NCBI GenBank assembly: GCA_038040195.1
Contig: JBBPIR010000002.1
Span: 69,296-133,295 of the forward strand
Origin: Chloroflexota bacterium
GTDB taxonomy: Bacteria; Chloroflexota; Limnocylindria; QHBO01
Length of the DNA: 64,000 nt
Reading direction: 5' to 3'
Shown here piece by piece: positions 52,585-63,200 of this stretch (the first letter of the stretch is position 1; each line of letters begins with the position of its first letter). Made by a program: the position numbers and the translations under genes. The notes beneath the pieces are model-generated. The model was given only the letters and a program-made list of their open reading frames with translations, was not told the DNA's origin and searched no databases.

Positions 52585-55563
52585 GTGCCAGCCTGTGCGA
52601 AGTGCGGCTTCCATTCGGAAGGACCATTCAGGTTCTGCCCGGAGTGCGGCGAAGAGCTTGCCGCCGCGGCGCCCTCCCGTGAGCAGCGCAAGACGGTAAC
52701 GGTTCTCTTCTGCGACCTCACCGGCTCCACCGCCCTTGGCGAAACGCTCGATCCCGAGCGGTTACGTGTCCTGCTGGCCCGCTACTTCGAGCGGATGCAG
52801 GCGATCGTCGAGCGCCACGGCGGCAGCGTCGAGAAGTTCATCGGCGACGCTGTGATGGCCGTGTTCGGCGTGCCCGTGGTCCACGAGGATGACGCGCTGC
52901 GCGCGGTGCGGGCGGCGCTCGAGATGCGGGACGCGCTGCCCGATCTCGGGCTGCAGGGGCGGATCGGCGTCATGACCGGCGAGGTAGTGACGGGGACCGA
53001 GGAGCGGCTGGCAACCGGCGATGCGGTGAACGTGGCGGCGCGGCTGGAACAGGCGGCCCAGCCGGGCGAGGTCCTGATCGGGCAGCCGACGCTCGCACTC
53101 GTCCGCGATGCAGCCGAGGTTGAGCTGGTCGAGCCACTCGAGCTGAAGGGCAAGGCCGAGCCGGTTTCCGCGTATCGGCTCCTCCGCGTGCACGACGCGC
53201 CGGAGCGGCGGCATGAGGCGCGGTTCGTCGGACGTGCGCGCGAGCTCGCGGCAGTCCGCGACGCGTGGGAACGTGTGCAGGCCGAGCAGCGCTGCGAGCT
53301 GGTCACGATCCTCGGCGATGCGGGCGTTGGCAAGTCTCGGCTGGTCGCGGAGGTTCTGGCGTCGCTCGAGGCGACGGTCGTCCGCGGCCGCTGCCTCCCG
53401 TACGGCGAGGGGATCACGTACTGGCCGGTCGTCGAGGTGCTGAAGCAGCTCGACGTACTACCTCCTGACGAGACCGCCGCGGTGGCGATCCGCTCGCTCC
53501 TCGGCGAGAGCGCCGCGGCGACATCGGCGGAGGAGATCGCGTGGGCCTTCCGCAAGACGCTTGAGCACGCTGCGGCCGAGCGGCCGCTGGTGGTCGTCTT
53601 CGACGACATCCAATGGGGCGAGGAGACGTTCCGCGACCTGATCGAGCACGTTGCGCTCCTGTCCTCGGGCGCATCGATCCTGCTGCTGTGCATCGCGCGG
53701 CCGGAGCTCACTGAGCGCCGCCCCGCCTGGCCGGTGACGCTTCGGCTCGAGCCCCTGGGCGACGACGACGTCGAGGAGCTCATCGCGGAGCGCACTCCGG
53801 CGAAGCTGCGCGAGAGGATCGCTCGCGCGGCGGGCGGCAACCCGCTCTTCATTGAGGAGATGCTGGCGATGGCCGAGGAGGCGGATGGCGAGGTGGTCGT
53901 CCCGCCCACCCTGCAGGCGCTGCTCGCCGCGCGGCTGGATCAGCTCGAGACGGCCGAGCGGAGCGTGCTCGAGCGAGGTGCGATCGAGGGGGAGATCTTC
54001 CACCGGGGTGCCGTCCAGGCCCTCGCACCCGAGGAGACCCAGGTCACGCCTCGCCTGGCCGCGCTCGTGCGCAAGGAGCTGATCAGGCCGAACAGGCCAC
54101 AGCTGGCGGGCGAGGACGGCTTCCGCTTCCGCCATCTGCTGATCCGCGACGCAGCCTACGAGGCGCTGCCGAAGGCGGTGCGGGCAGACCTCCACCAGCG
54201 CTTCGCATCCTGGCTGGAGGAGCACGGGACCGAGCTCGTCGAGCTCGACGAGATCCTCGGCTACCACCTCGAGCAGGCTTGCCGCTACCGTGCCGAGCTC
54301 GGGACGCCGGACGACCCGATGCTGGCCGCGTCCGCGAGGCGCCGCCTGACCGCCGCCGGCCACCGCGCAGACCTCCGCCAGGACTACGGCGCCGCCGTGA
54401 GCCTGCTCGAGCGCGCCGCCGCGCTCGTGCCCGCGGCCGAGATCGACCTCGCCCTCGAAACCGAGCTCGGCGACGCCCTGTTCTGGGCAGGCAAGGGCGT
54501 CGACGCGCGCCGGCGCGCGGATTCCCTCGCCGAGCGGGCCTCGGCCGCGGGCGATCGTGTCGGCGAGCTCTGCGGGAGGGTCAAGGCGAGCCTGTTTCTC
54601 AGCTTCCTCGAGCCGGAGGGCGAGACCGAGAAGCTGGCCGCCCTTCTCGAGCAGGCGTTGCCCGTGTTCCAGGCCGCCGGGGACGACGTGGCCCTGTACG
54701 TCGGATACTCCGCGCTCGGGCAGGTGGCGAACATGCGCGGGCAGATGGACGGCGGGCTGGACGCATACGAGCGGGCCTCCGCCCACGCTCGACAGGCGGG
54801 CCGCGGCGCTCAGTTCGTTGCGTGGCGCGGCACCTTTCGCTTCATGGGCACGACACCCGTGTCGGGACTGCTCACGTGGCTTGACGAGAACGAGCCACGA
54901 GAAGGGCGGAACCACTGGCTCCGTGCGTACCGGGCCGGGGCGCTGGCGATGCTCGGTCGCTTCGACGAGGCGCGCGCGATCCTCGCCGAAACACGTGCGG
55001 AGCTGGCGGAGCGCGGCGCAGGAATCCAGCTAGCGGTGGTGACCGGCATGGACTCAGTCGACGTCGAGCTTTGGGCCGGCGATCCCGCCGCCGCCGCCGA
55101 GCTCGGAGCAGAAGGGTGCAGGCTGTTCGAGGAGCTGGGGGAGCAGAGCATGCTGTCGACCGCGGCCGGGAGGCTCGCGCAGGCGCTCTACGCGCTCGAC
55201 CGGCTCGAGGAGGCAGACGGCTGGGCCGGCCGCGCGGCGGAGCTCGGCGCGAGCGACGACGCGTTCACGCAGATGCTCTGGCGGCAGGTCAGGGCGAAGG
55301 TGCTCGCGCGTCGCGGCCAGCACGCCGAGGCGAAGCGGCTCGCGCGTGAGGCGGTGGCGGTCGGCGAGAAGACCGACATGCTCAACCCGCAGGGCGATGT
55401 GTATGCCGACCTCGCCGATGTGCTCCTACTGGCCGGGAAGGCCGACGAGGCAGCCGTAGCACTCGGGCAGGCGCTCGGCTGTTACGAGCGCAAGGGCAAC
55501 CTCGTCTCAACCCAACGCGCCCAAACGCGACTCGCCGAGTTCCTGGACGCCGCGCCGCGATGA
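52585..55563 (+). CDS. Zinc-ribbon + class III adenylyl cyclase + STAND/AAA P-loop NTPase + TPR sensor protein (paralog A).
   Basis: CAKCGF...FCPECG. Cyclase catalytic residues FCDLTGST, EKFIGDAVMAVFG and GDAVNVAARLE (K/D adenine-type). Walker A GDAGVGKSRL. C-terminal about 450 aa of TPR-like helices. No LuxR HTH. Confidence 0.85.
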   Translation: MPACAKCGFHSEGPFRFCPECGEELAAAAPSREQRKTVTVLFCDLTGSTALGETLDPERLRVLLARYFERMQAIVERHGGSVEKFIGDAVMAVFGVPVVHEDDALRAVRAALEMRDALPDLGLQGRIGVMTGEVVTGTEERLATGDAVNVAARLEQAAQPGEVLIGQPTLALVRDAAEVELVEPLELKGKAEPVSAYRLLRVHDAPERRHEARFVGRARELAAVRDAWERVQAEQRCELVTILGDAGVGKSRLVAEVLASLEATVVRGRCLPYGEGITYWPVVEVLKQLDVLPPDETAAVAIRSLLGESAAATSAEEIAWAFRKTLEHAAAERPLVVVFDDIQWGEETFRDLIEHVALLSSGASILLLCIARPELTERRPAWPVTLRLEPLGDDDVEELIAERTPAKLRERIARAAGGNPLFIEEMLAMAEEADGEVVVPPTLQALLAARLDQLETAERSVLERGAIEGEIFHRGAVQALAPEETQVTPRLAALVRKELIRPNRPQLAGEDGFRFRHLLIRDAAYEALPKAVRADLHQRFASWLEEHGTELVELDEILGYHLEQACRYRAELGTPDDPMLAASARRRLTAAGHRADLRQDYGAAVSLLERAAALVPAAEIDLALETELGDALFWAGKGVDARRRADSLAERASAAGDRVGELCGRVKASLFLSFLEPEGETEKLAALLEQALPVFQAAGDDVALYVGYSALGQVANMRGQMDGGLDAYERASAHARQAGRGAQFVAWRGTFRFMGTTPVSGLLTWLDENEPREGRNHWLRAYRAGALAMLGRFDEARAILAETRAELAERGAGIQLAVVTGMDSVDVELWAGDPAAAAELGAEGCRLFEELGEQSMLSTAAGRLAQALYALDRLEEADGWAGRAAELGASDDAFTQMLWRQVRAKVLARRGQHAEAKRLAREAVAVGEKTDMLNPQGDVYADLADVLLLAGKADEAAVALGQALGCYERKGNLVSTQRAQTRLAEFLDAAPR

Positions 55564-55717
55564 GGGCCCCCGTCGTACCGGTTGCGCGGCTCGCTCACGA
55601 GTGAGATCCGCGGCCGCCAAGCACTGGGAGTGTCTCAATTGTAAAGACTGCCACTACCAAGCATTGACGCGCCTTGACTGCAAGCTGAGATAGGACAATC
55701 ATCGACAGGGAGGCACG

Positions 55718-56143
55718 ATGGCCGGCGGTCAACGAGTGGCTCGGCTCCGGGCGCAGGGGGTGACAGTAGCCATGTCGCTCGTCCTCGCCGCAACCGGCTG
55801 CGCCGGCACCGCGTCAACCACTCCGACCCCGAGCGTGCCCCCAGCGGTAACGGTGATCCTTGAGGAGAGCGCCTTCGTCCCGCCAGGTGGCGCGGCCATC
55901 GATGGCGTGCCCGCACTGACCATCCCTGTCGGCACCACTGTGATCTGGACCAACCGGGACGCCATCGACCATACCGCCACAGAGTATCTCAACGGGTTCA
56001 GCAAGCCGGACGCCCGGTTTGATCTCGAGCTGACGCCGGGAGCGAATGGAAGCTACACGTTCGACGAGGCCGGCACCTACGAGGTCGGGTGTGTGCCGCA
56101 CCCCCCGATGCAGATGCTCGTGATCGTCGAGGAGGCGACCTAG
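55718..56143 (+). CDS. Cupredoxin (type-1 copper) lipoprotein.
   Basis: Basic N-region plus LAATGC lipobox. Ligands DAIDHTAT and GCVPHPPMQM (C-x2-H-x2-M). GGGAGG ribosome-binding site 8 nt upstream. Confidence 0.7.
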   Translation: MAGGQRVARLRAQGVTVAMSLVLAATGCAGTASTTPTPSVPPAVTVILEESAFVPPGGAAIDGVPALTIPVGTTVIWTNRDAIDHTATEYLNGFSKPDARFDLELTPGANGSYTFDEAGTYEVGCVPHPPMQMLVIVEEAT

Positions 56144-56258
56144 GTCAACGAGACGATCAGCTCGCCCAGGGTCTGCTCGAGCCGGTCGTAGCCCAGGTTG
56201 GCCCGCCCAATCACTACGATCGAGCGTAGCGCGGCGGAATGCTCCCCCACGCCAGAGT

Positions 56259-56492
56259 GTGGGGAACCCGATGACTGACGCGGTGCCTACCCCTCATCTC
56301 CCCGCCATCGAGCAACGCCAGCAGGCAACCTGGGCCGCCGGTGGACATCACATGGTCGGGACGCAGATCGTCAACGTGTCCGAGCTGCTCATCAAGGCGC
56401 TCGACCTGCACTCAACCGAGAAGGTCCTCGACGTCGCCAGCTGGACGAAGTGCATGGGCCTGAACCGGCGGCTGCCGCCTCATGACGCCTAG
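56259..56492 (+). pseudogene. 5-prime fragment of a class I SAM methyltransferase gene, truncated at motif I just before cyclase paralog B.
   Basis: ATWAAGG...LIKALDLHSTEKVLDVASWT resembles the MTase N-terminal region up to VLDVGCGTG. The ORF then ends 10 nt before the duplicated segment starts. Confidence 0.35.
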
Positions 56493-56501
56493 ACTGGCGG
56501 G

Positions 56502-59477
56502 GTGCCCGCCTGTGCGAAATGCGGCTTCGAGTACGAGGGCGCGTTCAGGTTCTGCCCCGTGTGCGGTGCAGAGCTGGCCGCAGCGGCGCCTTCGCATGAG
56601 CAGCGCAAGACGGTCACTGTCGTGTTCTGCGACCTGGCCGGCTCCACCGAGCTCGGCGAGACGATGGATCCGGAGCGCTTGCGGACGTTGCTGGCGGGGT
56701 ACTTCGCGCGGATGCGCGCGATCGTCGAGAGTCACGGCGGCAGCGTGGAGAAGTTCATCGGCGACGCTGTGATGGCGGTATTCGGCGTGCCGGTCGTCCA
56801 CGAGGACGACGCGTTGCGCGCGATCCGGGCGGCGCTGGAGATGCGCGATGCGCTGCCCGCGCTTGGACTGCAGGGGCGGATCGGGGTCATGACTGGCGAG
56901 GTGGTGACCGGGACGGTTGAGCGGCTGGCAACCGGTGATGCAGTGAACGTCGCCGCGCGGCTGGAGCAGGCGGCCCAGCCGGGCGAGGTCCTGATCGGGC
57001 AGCCGACGCTCGCCCTGGTTCGCGACGCGGCCGAGGTCGAGCCGCTCGAGCCACTCCACCTGAAGGGCAAGTCCGAGCCGGTTCATGCGTACCGGCTCCT
57101 CAGCGTTCGCGAGGCGCCGGAACGGCGGCATGAGACGCGGTTCGTCGGACGTGAGCGCGAGCTCGCGCTCGTCCGGCATGCCTGGGAGCGGGTACAGGCC
57201 GAGCGCCACTGCGAGCTGGTCACGGTCGTCGGCGATGCGGGCGTGGGGAAGTCTCGGCTGATCGTGGAGTTCCTGGCTTCGTTGGACGCGACGGCCGTGC
57301 GCGGCCGCTGCCTCCCGTACGGCGAGGGGATCACGTACTGGCCGGTCGTCGAGGTACTGAAGCAGCTCGACATGCTGCCCGCTGACAAGACCGCCGCCGT
57401 GGCGATCCGCTCGCTGCTCGGGGAGAGCGAGGCGTCGACATCGGCCGAGGAGATCGCGTGGGCATTCCGCAAGACGCTGGAGTCGGCGGCGGCCGAGCGC
57501 CCGCTGGTGGTCGTCTTCGACGACATCCAGTGGGGCGAGGAGACGTTCCGCGAGCTGATCGAGCATGTCGCGCTCCGTTCCTCGGGCGCGGCGATCCTGC
57601 TGCTCTGCCTCGCGCGCCCCGAGCTGACCGATCGTCGACCCGCGTGGCCGGTGACCCTGCGGCTCGAGCCGCTGGGTGACGACGACGTCGAGGAGCTGAT
57701 CCCTGAACACATCGCCCGTGAGCTGCGGGACAGGATCAGTCGGGCGGCGGGCGGCAACCCGCTTTTCATCGGAGAAATGCTGGCCATTGCCGGCGAGGCG
57801 GAAGGCGAGGTGGTTGTCCCGCCCACCCTGCAGGCCCTGCTTGCGGCGCGTTTGGATCAACTCGAGACGGGCGAGCGAAGCGTGCTCGAGCGGGGCGCGA
57901 TCGAGGGGGAGATCTTCCACCGCGGAGCCGTCCAGGCCCTCGCACCGGACGACACCCAGGTGATGCCGCGCCTGGGCGCTCTCGTGCGCAAGGAGCTGAT
58001 CAGGCCCGACCGTCCCCAGCTGGCGGGCGAGGACGGATACCGATTCCGTCACCTGCTGATTCGCGACGCCGCTTACGAAGCGCTGGCCAAGGGAATGCGG
58101 GCTGATCTCCATGCGCGCTTCGCCGCTTGGCTGGAGGAGCACGGGGCCGAGCTGGTCGAGCTGGACGAGATCCTCGGCTACCACCTCGAGCGGGCCTGCC
58201 GCTACCGGGCCGAGCTCGGGCTGCCGGACGACCCGATGCTGGCGGCGGAGGCTCGAAGGCGCCTGACGGCCGGCGGCCAGCGAGCGCAGCTCCGGTCTGA
58301 CTTTCGCGCCGCCGTCAGCCTGTTCGAGCGGGCTGCCGCGTTCGTACCCCAGGCCGAGATCGACCTCGCCCTCGAAACCGACCTCCTCGACGCCTTGTTC
58401 TGGGCAGGCAGGGGCGTCGAGGCGCTCCGGCGCGCGGATTTTCTCGCCGAGCGCGCCGCGTCCACGGGCGATCGTGTCAGCGAGCTGTGCGCGAGGGTCA
58501 AAGCGGGCGTGCTCCGCCTCAACCTCGAGCCGGAGGGCGCGACCGAGAACCTGACTGCCCTCCTCGAGCGGGCGTTGCCGGTGTTCGAGGAGGCCGCCGA
58601 TGATGTGGCCCTTTACACCGCCTACCACGCGCTCGGGTGGGTGGCGGCCATGCGCGCGCGGATGGACGCCGGGCTTGAGGCATTCGACCGTGCCGCAGCC
58701 CACGCTCGGCGGGTGGGCCGGAAGGATGAGTACGTCGGGATGCGCGCCTCTGTTCGCCTGTGGGGCACGACCCCGGTCTCGGAACTGTTGCCGTGGCTTG
58801 ACGAGAACGAGCCACGAGAAACGATGGACCACCGGCTGCGCGCGAGCCGAGCCTGGGCGCTGGCGATGCTCGGTCGTGTGGACGAGGCGCGCGCGATCCT
58901 CGCCGAAACACGGGCGCAGCTTTCGGAGCGCGGAGGGGGAATCGAGCTCGCAATGGCGACCGGCATGGAATCCGTCAACGTCGAGCTTTTGGCCGGGGAT
59001 CCCGCGGCAGCCGCCGAGCTCGGAAGAGCGGGGTGCAGCCTGTTCGAGGAGCTGGGAGACAAGAGCATCCTGTCAACCGCGGCGGGGATGCTCGGACAGG
59101 CGCTCTACGCGCTCGACCGGCTTGAGGAGGCCGACGCCTGGGCCAGCCGCGCGGCGGAGCTCGGCGCGAGCGACGACGCGCTGACCCAGGCACTCTGGCG
59201 GCAGGTCCGGGCGAAGGTGCTTGCATGTCGCGGCCAGCACGCAGAGGCGGAGCGGCTCGGGCGCGAAGCGGTCGCGATCTCTGAGAAGACCGACCAGCTT
59301 GACGCGCAGGGCGATGCATATGCCGACCTCGCCGAGGTGCTCTCACTCGACGGCCGCTCGAAGGAAGCTGCCGCCGCGCTCGGACAGGCGCTTGGGTGCT
59401 ACGAGCGCAAGGGCAACCTCGTCTCAACACAACGTGCGCAGACGCGACTCGCGGAGCTCGTGGACGGAACACCTTGA
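56502..59477 (+). CDS. Zinc-ribbon + class III adenylyl cyclase + STAND NTPase + TPR protein (paralog B).
   Basis: Near-identical domain order and motifs to paralog A: FCDLAGST, EKFIGDAVMAVFG, GDAGVGKSRL. Confidence 0.85.
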   Translation: MPACAKCGFEYEGAFRFCPVCGAELAAAAPSHEQRKTVTVVFCDLAGSTELGETMDPERLRTLLAGYFARMRAIVESHGGSVEKFIGDAVMAVFGVPVVHEDDALRAIRAALEMRDALPALGLQGRIGVMTGEVVTGTVERLATGDAVNVAARLEQAAQPGEVLIGQPTLALVRDAAEVEPLEPLHLKGKSEPVHAYRLLSVREAPERRHETRFVGRERELALVRHAWERVQAERHCELVTVVGDAGVGKSRLIVEFLASLDATAVRGRCLPYGEGITYWPVVEVLKQLDMLPADKTAAVAIRSLLGESEASTSAEEIAWAFRKTLESAAAERPLVVVFDDIQWGEETFRELIEHVALRSSGAAILLLCLARPELTDRRPAWPVTLRLEPLGDDDVEELIPEHIARELRDRISRAAGGNPLFIGEMLAIAGEAEGEVVVPPTLQALLAARLDQLETGERSVLERGAIEGEIFHRGAVQALAPDDTQVMPRLGALVRKELIRPDRPQLAGEDGYRFRHLLIRDAAYEALAKGMRADLHARFAAWLEEHGAELVELDEILGYHLERACRYRAELGLPDDPMLAAEARRRLTAGGQRAQLRSDFRAAVSLFERAAAFVPQAEIDLALETDLLDALFWAGRGVEALRRADFLAERAASTGDRVSELCARVKAGVLRLNLEPEGATENLTALLERALPVFEEAADDVALYTAYHALGWVAAMRARMDAGLEAFDRAAAHARRVGRKDEYVGMRASVRLWGTTPVSELLPWLDENEPRETMDHRLRASRAWALAMLGRVDEARAILAETRAQLSERGGGIELAMATGMESVNVELLAGDPAAAAELGRAGCSLFEELGDKSILSTAAGMLGQALYALDRLEEADAWASRAAELGASDDALTQALWRQVRAKVLACRGQHAEAERLGREAVAISEKTDQLDAQGDAYADLAEVLSLDGRSKEAAAALGQALGCYERKGNLVSTQRAQTRLAELVDGTP

Positions 59478-59884
59478 TGACGACAGGCTGGGGACTGCCC
59501 GCCGTACTGCGCTTTGCCACCCTCGCGGTGGCCGCTGGTGCGGTAGTCGTGGTCGTCCTGGTCGCCGTGGGTCCGCCCGTGCGGCCTCCGGGCCTGGGCG
59601 GCCCTATCCCCTTGCCATCGGTCGAGCAGGCGGCGTCCCCGGCGGTGGGCGAGACTGAGGTCGATTGTGGCCCACTCGACCAAGCCACCTGTGACCGGGT
59701 CGTGGCGCGGCTCATCGCGCAGTGGCGCAGGGCGTGGCGCGATGGCCATGACGGGCCGCCCCCGGATGTCCCGATCCTGAGCGTGGTGATTGGACCGGGC
59801 GGCGTCACCGAGAGCGGCTGCGTCTGGGAGTACGAGATCAGCTGGCCCGGTGGCGGCCGGGTCGTCCAAGCATCATGCCCCTAG
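59477..59884 (+). CDS. Small membrane-anchored hypothetical protein with a Cys-containing C-terminal domain.
   Basis: The ATG overlaps the paralog B stop. TM helix LAVAAGAVVVVVLVAV. Four Cys (DCGPLDQATCD...SGCVWEYEISW). Confidence 0.4.
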   Translation: MTTGWGLPAVLRFATLAVAAGAVVVVVLVAVGPPVRPPGLGGPIPLPSVEQAASPAVGETEVDCGPLDQATCDRVVARLIAQWRRAWRDGHDGPPPDVPILSVVIGPGGVTESGCVWEYEISWPGGGRVVQASCP

Positions 59885-60208
59885 CCGTTCGGCAGGCCGC
59901 ACCCATACCTACGGATCGACCAATTCGAGAGTTAGGGTCGTTTCCACGATCTTGCGCGCGGATCCATGATCCTCAAAGACCCAGCTCCGCGGATCTTCAT
60001 GTATGTCGAACGCTCTGTCGGTATCGGCCAGCAATGCGCCGGGCAACGTCCTATCCAGACCCATTCGGTCCGCCCCCGATCTTGAGAGCGGCGAAAAGAA
60101 GCTCCCTCGCAAGACCGTCCGGCGGACACCGGAACGCCGATCCATCAGGCAGAGGCATGGGCAGCGGCTCCGTTGACCTCGAGATCGCCGGCGGCGACGA
60201 TACGCATC

Positions 60209-63200
60209 GTGCGCGCTTGCCCCACCTGCGGCCACGAGAATCCGGAGAACTCCCGTTTCTGCGGCAACTGCGCAAACTTGCTCGAGGCAGCGGCACCGGA
60301 GCGCCGTAAGCTCGCCACCCTCCTCTTCTGCGACGTCTCGGGCTCGACGGCCTTGGGCGAACAGCTCGATCCCGAGACCGTCCGCGAGCTGATGTTCCGC
60401 TACTTCCACACGATGCGCGACGCCATTGAGGGGCACGGCGGGACGGTCGAGAAGTTCATCGGGGATGCGGTGATGGCGGTCTTCGGCATCCCGGAGAGTC
60501 ACGAAGACGATGCCCTCCGCGCAGTCCGAGCCGCAGCCGAAATGCAAGAGCGGATGGCCGAGCTCAACGTCGAGTTGGCGCGCACACACGGCCAGGAGCT
60601 CCGCCTGCGCATCGGAGTCAACACCGGCGAGGTGGTTTCCGGAGACGCGACCAGCCGCGTTGCCCTGGTCACGGGGGACGCCGTTAACGTCGCCGCCAGG
60701 TTGGAGCAGGCCGCGGCACCAGGTGAGGTCCTGCTCGGACCGATGACCCATCGGCTTGTGGCACATGCAGTAGACGCCGAAGCCACCAAGCCACTGGAGC
60801 TGAAAGGCAAGGCAGACGCGCTGCCCGCCTACCGATTGCTGGCGGTGAGCTCGACAGAGCGTCGAGCGCCACGCGCGTTGACCGAGATGATGGGCCGCGA
60901 CGCAGAGCTCGCGGATCTCCGGGCGATTATCGACCGCGTAGGTACTGGTCGACGGGCCGAGATGGCGATCGTCATCGGTGAGGCGGGGGTCGGGAAGTCA
61001 AGGCTCGCGGCCGAATTCTTGGCACGGCTGCCCACCCAGCATGTCGTCCTACAGGGCCGCTGTCTGTCGTACGGCGCGGGAATCACGTACTGGCCGATCG
61101 GCGAGATCGCCCGCTGCGCCGCCAGAATCCACGACGAGGACGAGCCGCTATCGGCGCTGGCGAAGCTGGAGGCATTGATCGGTGGCGAGGATGGGGAGGT
61201 CGCAGCGCTTCGGGTGGGCCAGGCCATTGGCCTCGCCGGGGGAGCGGCACCGGCCGAGGAGATCAGCTGGGCGGTTCGCCGGCTGCTCGAGGCGGTGGCG
61301 CAGGAAGCCGTGGCGGTGGTCGTAATCGACGACCTCCAATGGGCGGAGCCGGCCTTGCTCAGCCTGGTGCGTCAGCTGGTTACCAGCGTAGACGCGCCGG
61401 TTCTGCTTCTCTGCCTCGCACGCCCCGAGCTGCTCGAGACGCATCCGGACTGGCCACTCCAACTGCTCCTCGATCCACTCGGAGCGACCGACATCCACCG
61501 GCTCATCGGCGCCCTCCTGGACACGCGCACGGACGCCGGCCAGCGCCTGATGCAGCGATTGGTCGAAACGGCGGGAGGCAACCCGCTCTTCGCAGAGGAG
61601 CTCGTTTCGTCTCTCGTAGAAGAGGGTCATATCAGGCACGGCGAGGCGGGCCTGATCGCGGACGACGCGCCCGAACGGATCCGCCTACCCGACGCGCTGG
61701 GCGCCCTCCTTGGCGCGCGGATCGACCGACTGGCCTCCGCGCCCAGGCAGGTGTTGGAGGGCGGATCCGTGGAGGGCGAAGTGTTCCATCGTGGCGCTGC
61801 GACGGCGCTTTCCGGTGCGCCGCACGGCGTGGCGCCCGCACTCGACGAGCTGGCGGCCAAGCGGTGGGTGTACCCGGCCCGATCCGATTTCGTGGATGAC
61901 GCCGCCTTCCGCTTTCGCCATCTGCTCGTTCGGGATGCAGCCTACGGTGCGATCCCAAAGCGCCGCCGCGCCGTCCTGCACCGTCTATTCGCCGACTGGC
62001 TGTCAGCGCGCGCCGGCACGCGTGCGACGGAGTTCGAGGAGATCATGGGCTATCACCTCGAGCAGTCATACCGCTACCAGTGCGAGCTCGGACCGCCGGA
62101 CAGCGAGACGGTGGCGATCGGCGATCGCTCATCGGAGCTCCTTCACGCGGCCGGGCGCCGTGCCGTGCTTCGGGGAGATCAGGCCGCGAGGCGGCTGCTC
62201 CAACGGGCCGTAGACCTCGCCAGCGACCAGCTTCGGCGGATGGGGATCGAGATCGAACTCGCGACAGTTCCGATGACACCGAAGTCGGAGGCACTCGCGC
62301 AGCTGGCTTCAATCCACGAGCGCGCGGAGGCAGCCGGCGCGGAGCTGCTCGCGCTCCATGCGCGCACCGAGGAATTGTGGATTCTGTCGTGGACCGATCC
62401 AATCGGCGCGCCTGGCCGTATCACCGAGCTGGAGTCGATCATTGGACGCCTCGAGGGACTGCGCGATCCTGACGGTCTGGCGCGTGCGCTGCGACTGCTT
62501 GCGGAAGAGCGATTCCAGGCGGGACGCGGCGCCCTCGCACTCGAGCTGATCGACCAGGCGATTGGCGCGGCGCGCGAGGTGGGCGACACTCTCCTTGAGG
62601 ACACCGCGGTAGAGCGTCGGCTTCAGTACATGGTGTGCGCACCCATTCACTCCAGCAAAGTCGTCGAGGCTGCGCAGGAGTTGCTGGGTAGGTCGACACC
62701 GTTGGGACTCGGCCTCCGCGCGGAAACGCTCAAATACCTCGCCGTAATGCTGGCAATGCTCGGTCGGTCGGAAGCAGCCCGTGCGGCGCTCGCTGAGGGC
62801 AGCACAATTGAGGCCCAGCTTGGCTGGCGCTCCACTGGCCAGGCGGGCGGAGCGACTCTCATGCTGACCGGCGACCTTGCGGGCGCGGAAGAGGTCATGC
62901 GCGCGGGCCTTGCGACCCTGGAGGAGGCGGGCGACATCGGTATGGCCGCGACGTCGCGCGCGGAACTGGCTCAGGTGCTCTTCGCCCGGGGTGCCACCGA
63001 CGAAGCCATGGAGAAGGCCGAGACGGTGGAAGCGATGACCTCGCCGGACGACATCAGTGCGGTCATTCCTGCGCGCTGCGTTCGAGCACAGGTTCTCGCC
63101 GCGCGGGGCGAATGGGACGGCGCAATCCAGCTAGCCGAATCGGCCGTCGCGCTCGCGGATACCTCCGACTGGCCCGGGCTCCGAGGTGAGGCCCGGCTGT

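Larger units (their letters stand above)
52573..59477 (+). repeat. Tandem segmental duplication: two about 3.0-kb gene copies (52585-55563 and 56502-59477) including about 12 nt of shared 5-prime leader (gcctagactggc).
   Basis: The N-terminal 200 aa of the two products are about 90% identical. Upstream leaders and GTG starts are conserved. The antisense ORF artefacts are also mirrored (53458..54915 and 56412..58832). Confidence 0.85.

Noticed and set aside
56144-56260. Minus-strand about 45-codon open frame ending ...IVVIGRANLGYDRLEQTLGELIVSLT overlapping the cupredoxin stop.
   Set aside because: It has no start codon or ribosome-binding site, is bounded upstream by an in-frame TAG, and the sequence has no recognisable family. 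It is most likely chance, or an unidentifiable remnant at the duplication junction.
53458-58832. 485-aa and 806-aa minus-strand ORFs antisense to cyclase paralogs A and B.
   Set aside because: They mirror each other because the underlying DNA is duplicated, not because they are genes. Their products are Arg/Gly/Leu/Glu-rich with no motifs.
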